Shown: positions 1-11,761 of the stretch, piece after piece | Layout of the letters: every line of letters starts with the position of its first letter | Position numbering within the stretch: the first letter of the stretch is position 1 | DNA from: Octopus sinensis | Lineage: Eukaryota | NCBI RefSeq assembly: GCF_006345805.1 | Contig: NW_021834460.1 | Coordinates: 1-47,114 of the forward strand | Reading direction: 5' to 3' | DNA length: 47,114 nucleotides | The notes under the pieces: model-generated | Told to the model about the DNA's origin: nothing | Databases searched by the model: none | The model's input: only the letters and a program-made list of their open reading frames with translations | Program-made: the position numbers and the translations under genes

Positions 1-232
1 CGAAGCTGTAGAGCGATACAGTAGTCAAAAATGGCATTCGCACATAATTCAGAAAATAAGACGGTGGCTGTTGAAACGTTAACGATGCTATTTTCCCAAA
101 GAAAACTTGAGAGACTGATAAAGGCGTATAAAGGTTATTGATAAACGGTTCGACACAAACACTGTCATGTTCTTCAACGAGCATATTTGAAAGAAAATTT
201 GTTGGTGACATACTCATACATATGCTTGCACA

Positions 233-316
<84 letters not shown>

Positions 317-581
317 AAAATATGTTACAAAAAGAAAAATATATAATACACGTGGAAATGTAAGGGTAAAATATGAAAAATCAACGAAAATGCAACATTG
401 CAAATAAAAAAAGGCTTTTATGACCAGGTAACGACATATATATTTAGATTATATTCTGTATATTATATATATATATTTGGAGAGAGAGCAAAAGAGAGAG
501 AGTGAGGGAGAGAGAAATAGCACATACCTGAGTGGTATGTATATATATATATATAATATATATATATGATTCATGTAGATT

Positions 582-617
<36 letters not shown>

Positions 618-668
618 CTATGTGTGTGTGTGTGTGTTGTATGTTATATATATATCTATATATATATA

Positions 669-728
<60 letters not shown>

Positions 729-1383
729 AATACAAAAAATGGGGCAAACGCAAAAAGCGACAACAAAACATCCCCAGACAGTTATATCGAGACTGCTCCA
801 ATCTGGCCAGCCGCAAGGGAAAAACTAAGCTAAGAGCATTAGATTCCTTGGAAGATAGCAGCGAATGTATACGAAAACAAGGACGGAAAAAAGCGGAGAA
901 ATGTTATACAAATACGAATGGCAAATAACAGGACATTAGCAACAGGTGTCTTTCGACTAAGGACGAATTAAATTAAGCTGGCGTATGTGGAAGTGAAGCC
1001 TTACGGCTGGGACATAAGAGATGACGGGCATGGGAAGGAATATAGATGTTGCACGGATGGTAGTGGAACCAAGAAAGAAAGGTCTGGCTTGGCCGAACAC
1101 CGGTCACGTGGAAGGAGAGTAGAAAGGTAGAGGCAGAGGGATGGAATACTTAAGGAGGGAGTAGAAAAAAGAAAAGGGACAGAATGAAGTGAAAGAAGAG
1201 GGAAGGTGAGAATGAAAGGAAGGCCAGGAAATGTGAGAGAGGGGGAGAGAAAGAAAGAAGTGTGGAAAGAACGAAGTATATGTGAAGGGGCTGAAAGAAA
1301 GAAAGAATGAAAGACTTGCCAGAATAAGCGGAGTGTCGTACAAAATTATATATATATATAATATATATATATATAGATAGATC

Positions 1384-1436
<53 letters not shown>

Positions 1437-1710
1437 CTAGTAGATAGATAGATAGATAATTATTAATAATACATAAAAGTGTGTATTGTCTCGAAGAATT
1501 TTATGGTGAGTTGAAAGTCATTAGCGTCTATTTCTAATTCAGTACGTGGCGAAGCATTAGCTGAGCCCTGATTATAATTAAGTATATAATTATAGAATAT
1601 TTGTATAAATTCAAGTAAAAGGATTTTTAGCGTTCTGACTATTTGGTAAAATTATTAATTATATTTACTTAGTTAATCAATTTTACCCTCTCTCTCTATA
1701 TATATATACA

Positions 1711-1784
<74 letters not shown>

Positions 1785-2068
1785 CTATATATATCTATCT
1801 ATATATATTATATATATATATATATAGGGAAAAAAAGCAACAAGAATGGATCAAAAATATCGGTACAATTGTTTCGTACGAAGACATCTTTAATAAGGCT
1901 ACAAAAATTTGGTCTCTTATATGTACTTACATATAAGAGACCAAAGTGTACGCACGCCGCCATATGTATATAAAAAGAAATACAAAAAAGGGAACAAGAG
2001 CGCAACAGGCGACACACAGACATATATGCAATAGATTGTGTCAATATGCAAAATTGTCCAAAACTTAC

Positions 2069-2351
2069 ATTTTCTGCCTAAATAGATGTCTATGGTACAA
2101 TCATCAAAATAGCTCTTTGGAAAGACGCATACTTGATGAGCTTGGGAAAACACAGCGCCGGTACTGCATGTCAACATAATAGGGAACGTCTGGGACCCTT
2201 TGCACGTGTAAAAATTACTGCAGTTGGTTGGTGACCTCACGAAATAGGTTCCGGTTGAAAGCTGAATGGTGTTGCACAATCGTGCAATATAAAAGGCGCT
2301 GTGAAGTGAAGCAGATATAAGCACGATGGCTATCGTAGAAACGAGGTACAT
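2069..2351 (-). CDS. First coding exon of a secreted chitin-binding protein (signal peptide + one peritrophin-A/ChtBD2/CBM14 domain)
   Basis: ATG at 2351 in ACCATG context with an in-frame TAA 9 nt upstream; hydrophobic N-terminus MYLVSTIAIVLISASLHSAFYIA; six-Cys pattern C-x17-C-x5-C-x11-C-x12-C-x9-C with typical CSNFYTC and TCSTGAVFS motifs; phase-1 donor GTAAGT at 2068. No downstream exon found in 1-2068. Confidence 0.8.
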
Positions 2352-3684
2352 GGTGAGTTAAAAACGAACAGAGAAGACCACTTGGTGGCGTTGATGGTGT
2401 GACGGAAAAGTATATGAAATACAAGCTGCCGAAATTTTGTGAAATTAACAACGAAATTCCAAGCTTTTATACAAAACCAACATCCGTCTTGTTTCTTTTG
2501 CCTTCGGGATTGACCAAATACGACGCCATAAATCATAGGTTTATCATCTTTCACGTTAATCCTTTACTCTCCATGTTTTTTCTCTCCCCCTCTCTTTCGT
2601 TCTCTCTCGTCCGCTTTTTTCTCTCCAACCTGAACGCGAGTTGTAATCCTGAAGGCAACTTTATTAGAAGATAAACGACGACTTAACCATTTAATAAATA
2701 ACTGCTTATCGAATTTCAAACAGATAAAAAACAAAATGCCACGTAACAACAAACAAACGAAAATTACATAATTACATAAGATTTAAAAAATTGAGAAATA
2801 ATAAAATGAACTAAAGCAGGAAAATCTACGACGGAATAGAACCGAGAAATATCAAATGGAGAGACGAACAAGATTTCAAGTGATACAAGGGGTTGTCTTT
2901 ATCTCACACACCTTCCATTTTCCTTTACATCCTCATCCACGCTTTAACTATCTCCCACTGTTCCTCTTCTCCTTTTGCTCACATCTATCTCCTACTATCT
3001 CCCTTTCCTATATGCGTGTGTTTTTATCGACATTCTAGCATTCTTATTTGTTTGTTTGTATAACGGTTAGCTGTTTCGTCTGACCCTGATTAAGAGAACA
3101 CAAATACCAGACAATCCTATGTGTTGTAGTGGCATTCATTACTTTCCTTTATATAGGAAAGTAAACTAAAGAATATGATTTCTTGATATTTCACTTTTGG
3201 ATTTGGTTTGCAAGATTCTTTATATAAAAATTTTAGAAAAATATAAAAATAAGAAGTGGAAACTTTACCGGTGAGTGTATCATATTATAAGGCACAAAAA
3301 AGAAAATGACTCTCCCCAGACACAATAGAATGATTTCTTGAGTTTGTTTACTTCAGCATGTTGGACATATTTTCTCGGATTAAATCGGATTAAGTTGAAA
3401 GGAGGAAAGAAAATATGAAATGGTCTTTAGTTCACACTCACAGACACGTGATTTATACATACACAAATACATATTCCTATATGTGTGCTTGTGTGTGTGT
3501 GTGTGTGTGTGTATGTGTGTGTGTGCGTGCGTGTGTGTATATGTGTGTGCATGTAGAGTGCGTGCTATATAGCTAGGTAGCTAAATAGATAGACAGCTTG
3601 ATAGATAGATAGACAGACAAACAGATAGACAGATAGACAGACAAACAAACAGATAGATAGTTGGATATATTGATGTATAGATAT

Positions 3685-3744
<60 letters not shown>

Positions 3745-3875
3745 GTAGGTAGGTAGGTAGGTAGGTAGGTAGGTAGGTAGGTAGGTATGTAGGAAGGTAG
3801 ATGCTTATATGTGCTTGGGCGGGACTGTGTGTGAGCTGTATATATTGATAGCTAAACCGATTGATAGATAGATAC

Positions 3876-3941
<66 letters not shown>

Positions 3942-4049
3942 TATATATATATTATATATATAATATATATATATATTATATAATATTATAATATAATATA
4001 TATATATATATATATATATACTATAATATATATAATAATATAGATATAT

Positions 4050-4102
<53 letters not shown>

Positions 4103-4120
4103 TATATATATATTTAGATT

Positions 4121-4349
4121 AAAGAAAAAAATTATGAAATTTTTGTAAATATTTACATAGTCTTCAGTAAGTGGGACATTTTCCTTTTTTCTGTCTCCCT
4201 CACTCTTTTTCCTCTTGTGAAGGTTCGTAGTGTAGGTATGTTGTAGCAGATCTGAAAAATATATCTGAAAAGATATATTTGGTTCTGAAGATCCCACCAA
4301 TATGAAGACTATGGAAATATTTACAAAGCATTTCATTTAATTTTTTCTT
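4121..4349. repeat. Foldback element with ~50-bp imperfect terminal inverted repeats
   Basis: AAGAAAAAAATTATGAAATTTTTGTAAATATTTACATAGTCTTCA (from ~4122) is the approximate reverse complement of TGAAGACTATGGAAATATTTACAAAGCATTTCATTTAATTTTTTCTT (to 4349); next to an (AT)n tract. Confidence 0.6.
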
Positions 4350-4624
4350 CAATTTAATTGTTTTTCTTCTTAATTAACATCCACCTTTGTTTTACTTTTA
4401 GTTGAAAAAGTCGAAAAGGCAGAAACCGGTTCCATTACAAAATGCATGTCAGGATAAAATTATTTTAGCATTTTCTACCTTGTCTTATTCTCCTTATATA
4501 TGTGTGTGTCTGCGTGCGCGCGTGTTTGCGTGTATGTGTGAGTGTGTGTGTGTGTGGTGTGTGTGTGTGTGTATGTGTGTGTTTGTGTATGTGTGTCTAT
4601 TAATATTAACGTGGTGACCTTTCA

Positions 4625-4998
4625 GAATCGATAAAACAGCGGGTAAAATGCTTAGTGGTATTTCGTCCCTCTTCACGTTCTGAGTTCAAATTCCGCCGAG
4701 GTCAATTTTGCCTCTCATGCTTTTGGGATCGATAAATTTAGTACCAGTGAAACACTGAGTTGATGTAATTGACTATTCATTTCCCTCAAAATTCGAGGCC
4801 TTGTACCTATAATAGAAAGGATTGTTATTATTGATATAGCGGCTAGCTGGTACATTGAGTTTAAATTCCGCCAAGGTCGACTTTGCCTTTCATCCTTTCG
4901 GGGTCGATTAAGTAAGTACCAGTTACGCACTGGAGTCAGTTTAATCGATTAGCCCCTCTCACACAATTCACACAATTTCAGGCCTTGTGCCTAGGGAA
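4625..4998 (+). mobile_element. Two degenerate copies of tRNA-headed SINE family B
   Basis: GAGTTCAAATTCCGCCGAGGTC B-box-like head and CATCCTTTCGGGGTCGAT...AGTACCAG body shared with copies at 16430, 19980, 24745. Confidence 0.7.
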
Positions 4999-5001
4999 AA
5001 G

Positions 5002-5058
5002 TTTGTTGTTGTTGTTGTTGTTGTTGTTGTTATTATTATTATATTATTATTATTATTA

Positions 5059-5148
<90 letters not shown>
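5002..5148. repeat. (GTT)n/(ATT)n microsatellite forming the tail/target of the adjacent LINE
   Basis: Directly visible triplet repeats abutting the LINE 3' end. Confidence 0.95.
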
Positions 5149-5151
<3 letters not shown>

Positions 5152-5910
5152 ATAGTCTTATTTTTATCGCGTACTTTCACTGCACTACCGAGCACATCCC
5201 TGTCTGTCTTGGGTATGTGATATGGCTTTGTCGTAATGCTCTTATTTTTACTGTATTGCAAGTGTTTTACGTAGGATGTGTGCGGTGTCTAGTAGTGCTA
5301 TTTTCTGTATATTATATATATTTGTTCGTCCTGTTATTTTTGTTATGCATTTATCTGAATATTTTTTTTATCATACCTAATGCGCCTATTATGATAAGAA
5401 TTGTTTCTGTTTTTAGACTTCACAACAGAGTTACCTCTTTTTCCAAGTCTTTGCGTTTTGAAAGTATCTCCATTTCTTTTAGAAAAATGTTGTCATTCGT
5501 TGGTATTGATACATCAATTAGAAAACATGTTTTCATAATTTCTAACAACTATATCTGGCCTATTAGCCTTAATTTCTCTATCTGTGTGTATTGGCATATA
5601 CCATAGTATGGTTGCTTTCTCATATTCTGTGACAATTTCTGGCGTGTGCCTATAGCATCTTTTTTGTTGTTATTCCATAGTGTTGGCATAGCTCCCAGTG
5701 TATAAAGGTCCCAACTCTGTCGTGTCTGTGAATATATTCCTTCTTAGCCAGGACTGGGCAGCTAGAGATAATATGATTTATTGTTTCTTGTCCATCGCCA
5801 CATATTCTGCAGTTACTTGTTTTGTTTATTTTCATTACGAATTTTTAGTAATTTCTGGTGGGGAGGCTTTGGTCTTGTGCTGCAATTAAAATCCTTCAGT
5901 CTCTGTTATC
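5149..5910 (-). mobile_element. 5'-truncated, decayed R4/Dong-like non-LTR retrotransposon (zinc knuckle + restriction-like endonuclease + 3' UTR)
   Basis: Minus-strand translation across frameshifts: ETEGFLIAAQDQSLPTRNY, CRICGDGQETINHIISSC knuckle, RHDRVG..IHWELC, KANRPDIVV..FLIDVSIP (PD..D nuclease), IIIGALG, IQKIALLDTAHILRK; ends in (AAT)n. Confidence 0.85.
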
Positions 5911-6162
5911 ACCATTATTATTATTATTGTTGTTGTTGTTGTTGTTATTATTATCATCATCATTATTATTATTTAAAACAGTTTAATTTGGCCCATGCGA
6001 CTTTGTAGTTTTCTCACAGAAACCTAGCTCGTCTGGTTTCTGTGAAAATCGTACGAAACTAAAGCCGGCATAGATCCGAATCAAACTTTATAAAACGGTA
6101 ATATATGCGACTCTTACTAAATGTGTTGAGTGCCTCCGTCTTTTGTTTTTTACGCTCACTCG

Positions 6163-6195
<33 letters not shown>

Positions 6196-7423
6196 GATGA
6201 TGCGCAGACACGCGCTGAGACTGCGACATCTCCGGCTCTATGTAGACGACGGTGAACAGGTGTGGTCGCCGTTTGTGAGGCACGCATTCCCGCAACTCGT
6301 CTCCATGACCGAACTACAGTCGTGGATCAAAAAAGAGGCCGAGAAGGGCGAACGGCACCGCGAGTGTCGCGTTGCTCTCAAGCAACTCTGCCGTCCCGGG
6401 TCGACCTTGAGTGACTTCAACACAAACCAAGCATTCTATAGGGGATTAGTGGAGGGGAGGTACGACGACGAGCTCGGGGCAAACCTGGGCGTCGACGAGG
6501 AATACCTGAACCGCCTGCTTCAAACGACTTTCGGCCCGGGACCTATGGACAACTTCCAGAGATCCCTGGCCTGGCGGTGCTACCGAGAAGCGCTACCCGT
6601 TCGGGATAAGCTCTATAGGCATGGCTCGAGAAACACGGGGCCGACCTGCCCGAGATGCGGGCAGAGCGACGAAACCGCTCTGCACGCAATCGTGCAGTGT
6701 CCAGCAATTTCCCACCTGTTGGCTTATGTCGAACGACTGCTGTCACGTGTGGGACGTGTCGGTTTATCAGCCGAGTCTATCGTTAATATCGTCACGCCTC
6801 CTTCCTTCAAACGGGAAGGAAGAGCTATTTTTATCATACTTGTGGCTATGGCGAAAGAATGTATCTGGTGGACGCGCCTGAAAGGATTAGAGACAAACAC
6901 TTTCCTCTCTGGTCAATCTCTCATCAACTTCTTCAAGTATCACTTGAAGAAAAAAGTGAGAGTAGAGAGGCAAGTTTTGTCTAGTGAATGTTTTAAAAAA
7001 AGATGGGTGAATGTAGCAAGGATGGCACGTATGAATGACGAAGCCACCTTGACTATGATTCTATGAACCGTAAAAATTAATACAGAGAGTTGCTTATTTG
7101 CAAAAAAAAAAAAAAGAAATATAAATGTGACTTCATTGACCGAGGTTACCGTGGTTTTCCGTAGGCTTTTCTTTCCACGGGTAAATCTCACCTGTCCTCC
7201 CCTTTACACTTCATATTGACATTTCTGTGATAACGATCCCTATTATTCATTTTTTTTCTCCCCCCCCCTTTTTTAACACCCTCCCTTTTTTTGTCCTTTT
7301 TCTTTCCTTTTACGATCCCTTTTGATCGAAAACCACCACTCTCTTTTTTTTACCCCCAAAAGAAAAGCTCTACCTTGTAATTTGTTCTATCTGTGTGCAG
7401 CCCTGTGTGGCTAATAAGAAACA
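6196..7423 (+). mobile_element. 5'-truncated Tx1/L1-clade LINE, copy 1 (ORF2 C-terminus with zf-RVT, T-rich 3' UTR)
   Basis: Open frame to TGA at 7066 with SLAWRCYREALPVRDKL..CPRCGQSDETALHAIVQC (zf-RVT-like) and KECIWWTR; bounded by (TATC)n on both sides. Confidence 0.85.
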
Positions 7424-7441
7424 TATCTATCTATCTATCTA

Positions 7442-7503
<62 letters not shown>

Positions 7504-7504
<1 letters not shown>

Positions 7505-8631
7505 GCCGCGAGTGTCGCGTTGCTCTCAAGCAACTCTGCCGTCCTGGGTCAACCTTGAGTGACTCCATCCCAACCAAAGCATTCTATAGGAGATTAGTGG
7601 AGGGGAGGTACGACGACGAGCTCGAGGCGAACTTGGACGTCGACGAGGAATACCTGACCCGCCTGTTCGGGACGACTTTCAGGCCAGGGCCCATGGACAA
7701 CTTCCAGAGATCCATGGCCTGGCAGTGCTACCGAGAAGCGCTACCCGTTCGGGATAAGCTCCACAGACACGGCTCGAGAAACACGGGGCCGACCTGCCCG
7801 AGATGCGGTCAGAGCGGCGAAACCGTTCTGCGCGCACTCGTGCAGTGTCCAACAATTTCCAACCTGTGGGCTTGTGTCGAACAACTGCTGTCACGTGTGG
7901 GACGAGTCGGTTTATCAGCTGAGTCTATCGTCAATATTGTCACGCCTCCTTCCTTCAAACGGGAAGGAAGAGCTATTTTCATCATCCTTGTGGCTATCGC
8001 GAAAGAATGTATCTGGTGGACGCGTCTGAAAGGATTGGAGACAAACACTTTCTTCTCTGGTCAACCTCCCATCAACTTCTTCAAGTACCACTTGAAAAGG
8101 AAAGTGAGAGTAGAGAGGCAAGTTTTGTCTAGCGAATGTTTTAAAAAAAGATGGGTGAATGTAGCAAGGATGGCACGTATGAATGACGAAGCCACCTTGA
8201 GCATAATCCTATGAACCCAGAAATTGAAAACAGAGGGTTACCCACTTGCAAACAAATGTGGTAACATATAACAATATTGACCAAGGTTACCGTGGTCTTT
8301 TTCGTAGGCTTTTCTTCCCACGGATAAACCTTACTTGCTTTCCCCTTTACACCATACACGATCCCTACTGATCGTTTTTTTCCTCTTCTCCTCTTTTTCC
8401 TCTTTTTTCTTCTTTTTTCATTTTTCTTTTCTTTTGTTCCTTTTCCTTTTTTTTTTCTCTTCTTTTTTTTGTTCTTTTTTCCCTCTTACGATCCCTTTTG
8501 ATCGAAAACCTACGCCACCTTTTTTGTTTCTTTTGTTTTTTTGTTTTTTTGTTTTTTTCATCCCTTAAAAGAAAAGCTCTTCCTTGTAACTTGTCCCATC
8601 TGTGTTCAGCCCTGTGTGGCCAATAAGAAAC

Positions 8632-8632
<1 letters not shown>
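7504..8632 (+). mobile_element. 5'-truncated Tx1/L1-clade LINE, copy 2
   Basis: Same ORF region (stop at 8214), roughly 85-90% similar to copy 1 by eye; same 3' end CCCTGTGTGGCYAATAAGAAAC followed by (TATC)n. Confidence 0.85.
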
Positions 8633-8690
<58 letters not shown>

Positions 8691-8716
8691 CATATAATAT
8701 ATATAGATATATATAT

Positions 8717-8777
<61 letters not shown>

Positions 8778-8800
8778 ATATATATATATATATATATATA

Positions 8801-9236
8801 ATGAAAGAAGGTTTGAAAATACAATATTAAAGATGTTTGTTAGGAGTTCAATAAAAATCATGTTTTTTTGGTAGTATATATACACAGAAGGAGATATATT
8901 AAGAATTTACACAAAATTGGAGAGGAATGTGTAAATTCTTAAATATATCTCCTTCTGTGTATATATACTACCAAACAAACATAATTTTTATTGAACTCCT
9001 AATACTTTTGTTGAATACTTTCTTAAATACTTTCTTGTAAACTTTTTTTAACATTTTCTTATTATTATCAAAGAATGTATAACTGTATTTTAATACTTTT
9101 GTGATAACCAGTACTTAACACAGCAAAGCTTTTATAAAGCTTTACATTTTACTTTTGACAATCTTTTTCTAAAAATGAGAAACCCGTCAAGTCAATAATT
9201 ATCTTTAAAATTGTATTTTCAAAACCTTCTTTCATA
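8801..9236. repeat. Nested inverted-repeat element (Penelope pLTR-like)
   Basis: Outer ~34-bp IR ATGAAAGAAGGTTTGAAAATACAAT at 8801 / reverse complement ending 9236; inner ~74-bp-arm hairpin 8840-9002 with 14-nt loop; (TA)n flanks. Confidence 0.8.
9151..9192 (+). ncRNA. Minimal type I hammerhead ribozyme motif, U3:A8 core variant
   Basis: ACTT | TTGACAA | TC..GA stem II | GAAA | CCCG TC | AAGT; stem I ACTT/AAGT; predicted cleavage after C9188. Confidence 0.55.
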
Positions 9237-9703
9237 TATATTTCCACTCGTGCGCTACCTTACAACTTTGTTATATATATATAAAGTATATGATTTAACT
9301 TACTAAACACAGTTCAATAAATGCATTCATATCTATGTAAATGGAGGAGAGTAGATATTAAATTGGATTAAAGCTTTTATTTCTCATGTTGCTATACAAA
9401 TTATTTCGTACAGAAAGACAAGATATTCATATTACAAAATCTGAGTTGTCGGTAAGTACTCGTCGGTTGCTTATATAAAAACGTTTTTAAAAAAAAGTTA
9501 GAATTACATAGGTATAGTGTTATTGATCATTTTGTAATGTGCGCTTGTTCTTGGAGTCATGTCTGTTTAAACAAGACTATAAAAATATAAATTGGGTGCT
9601 GATATATATAATAATATATAATATATAATACAAAAAACAAAGATTTATATTTAACCGTCAATTTACCATGCGACTTATAAGTAATTCGAAAAAATGTTTA
9701 ATA

Positions 9704-10097
9704 GATGCAGGAGTGGCTGTGTGGTAAGTAGCTTGCTTACGAACCACATGGTTCCGGGTTCAGTCCCACTGATTGGCATCTTAGGCGAGTGTCTTCTAAT
9801 ATAGCCTCAGGCCAACCAAAGCCTTGTGAGTGGATTTGGTAGACGGAAACTGAAAGAAGACCGTCGTATATATATATACATTTGTGTATATATATATATA
9901 CATTTGTGTGTGTGTTTGTTCCCCCACCATCGCTTGACAGCCGATGTTGGTGTGTTTACGTCCCCCGTAACTTAGCGACCGACAGAATAAGTACTAGCCT
10001 TACAAGGAATAAGTCCAGGGGTCGATTTGTTCCACTAAAGACGACGCTCCAGCATGACCGCAGTCAAGATGACTGAAACAAATAAACGAAAAGAAAG
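9704..10097 (+). mobile_element. tRNA-headed SINE family A (internal microsatellite), full length
   Basis: GGAGTGGCTGTGTGGTAAG head, GGTTCAGTCCC B-box-like motif, central (TA/TG)n, tail CAGTCAAATGACTGAAACAAGTAAAAGAG; ~20 copies or fragments in the window. Confidence 0.85.
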
Positions 10098-10353
10098 TAA
10101 TTAATAATAATTTGAGGTTTATAAAATTTATAATTAAAGTATTTGTTTTAATTAATGGGTCTAATATTTATATGGCCACAGTATCGTGATACTGTGAATT
10201 GTGTCATGGTGCTGCTTTTTTCTCACAGACAGTACCCAACTGACCCTACTATACTGTGTAGTCAACAAAATCCAAAACAAACAAAGCGCAAGCGCAAAAT
10301 TTAAAGTATAATATGGCGACAATTTACCCATTGCAGCCTGTATATACGTATAT

Positions 10354-10658
10354 TGTGGAGGCGCAATGGCCTAGTGGTTAGGGCAGCGGACTCGCGGTCG
10401 CAGGATCGCGGTTTCGATTCCCAGACCGGGTGTTGTGAGTGTTTATTGAGCGAAAACACCTAAAAGCTCCACGAGCTCCGGCAAGGGGTGGTGATCCCTG
10501 CTGTACTCTTTCACCACTCTTTCTCCCACTCTTTCTTCTGTTGGCCTGCTCCCTTATCCAGCGGGGTGGCGTCATTCGAGGGCTAAAACAATGCGAACGC
10601 ATTGTGACCAGCGATGTGTAACAACATCTGATGGTCTGGTCGGTCACGTGATCACGTG
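10354..10658 (+). mobile_element. tRNA-headed SINE family C with 12-bp target-site duplication
   Basis: A box TGGCCTAGTGG, B box GGTTTCGATTCC, tail (CACGTGAT)n; direct repeat ATATACGTATAT at 10342-10353 and 10659-10670. Confidence 0.8.
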
Positions 10659-10670
10659 ATATACGTATAT

Positions 10671-11290
10671 ACGTGGGGGCTGAGAGAGGCGGAAAGTAGG
10701 CGACTAGATGTGTTTGAGATGAGATGACTGAGGACTATGGTTAGTGTGACACGGATGGACAGGATGAGGAATGAGGAGGTGCGAAGGCAAGCAAGAATAA
10801 GAGAAAAACTAACCAAATTGGTTACACGAATGTTGGGGTGGTTTGGCCACATGGAGAGGATGGATGAGGAGTGGATGGTAAGGAGGGTGGTGAAGGCTGA
10901 AGTGGTAGGCAGCAGAACCAGAGGTTGACCTCGGTTTGTGAGGATGATTGGAGTGAGGAAAGCTTTGGTGGTCAGAGGTGTTGGAGTGAGAGAACCAAGA
11001 GAGTTTATAAATGATAGGAAAGCTTGGAAAGTGTTTGTGGACGGATGAGTGAATTCTGATATTGCTAAAAGGGGTACGGACCCAGCATGATGCGGCAGGG
11101 GTAAACTAGCATATGCTGTCAGGCCCCGCTGCTGATATTGCGGGTGGCGTTCTATGCTTTGACCCGAGCACAGAACGGGGCTCGCCCCTTTGGACTGGGA
11201 AATGAAATGGAATGCCTGGTGTGTGTGTGTCGTGCTGTGGTTAGCCCATCCCCCCAAAAAGTGATGAATTGGCTTGCGTATATGTCATAT
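10671..11290 (+). mobile_element. RTE-clade LINE 3' fragment
   Basis: Translation ESRRLDVFEMR*LRTMVSVTRMDRMRNEEVRRQ..LGWFGHMERMDEEWMVRRVVKAEVVGSRTRG*PR, the typical RTE C-terminal region, with stops. Confidence 0.8.
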
Positions 11291-11336
11291 ATATGTGTGT
11301 GTGTTAATATATGTATATATATATTATACATGTATG

Positions 11337-11379
<43 letters not shown>

Positions 11380-11654
11380 GGGTATATATGGGTATATGTA
11401 TATACATATATATATATAAGTTAGACATGGCCTGGACCAATCTTTGGTCGAAACATATCTAAGTTTATCTAAGTTTATATATATATATATATAGATGAGA
11501 AAGTTGGTTTGTGAAAGCACGTGGTTGAATATATAGAAAATAGTAAAAAGTGAAAAAACTACAGAAGGCTTGTTGTTAAAAGGTTAAAAAATATATATTT
11601 GAGTCAATATGTCTGAAGAATGTTATAATTTTTTTCTACAATGACACAATTTAG

Positions 11655-11693
11655 AAGAAATGACCGGTTTCGCTTCAGCTTTTCAAATTTCTT
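11655..11693 (-). ncRNA. Minimal type I hammerhead ribozyme motif, U3:A8 core variant
   Basis: Minus strand AAGAAAT | TTGAAAA | GC TGAA GC | GAAA | CCGG TC | ATTTCTT; 7-bp stem I. Confidence 0.7.
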
Positions 11694-11721
11694 GCATCGT
11701 TATGTTTATATATAACGATGC

Positions 11722-11761
11722 AAGAAATTTGAAAAGCTGAACGCGAAACCGGTCATTTCTT
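11722..11761 (+). ncRNA. Minimal type I hammerhead ribozyme motif, U3:A8 core variant
   Basis: AAGAAAT | TTGAAAA | GC TGAAC GC | GAAA | CCGG TC | ATTTCTT; predicted cleavage after C11754. Confidence 0.7.

Noticed and set aside
760-1340. Purine-rich stretch that might be a LINE remnant or an exon of the chitin-binding gene
   Set aside because: No recognisable motif or splice-compatible frame.
6010-6068. Hairpin with CTGTGAA...GAAACTA resembling a hammerhead
   Set aside because: Core is one base short, with no stem II and no stem III.
9414-9451. Possible 38-nt plus-strand microexon (TTTCGTACAG / GTAAGT)
   Set aside because: No partner exons or homology; such splice-like motifs arise by chance in 47 kb.
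10357-10430. tRNA-like sequences (also ~13694, 19457, 42990)
   Set aside because: A/B boxes run straight into SINE bodies and acceptor stems are poor; they are SINE heads, not tRNA genes.
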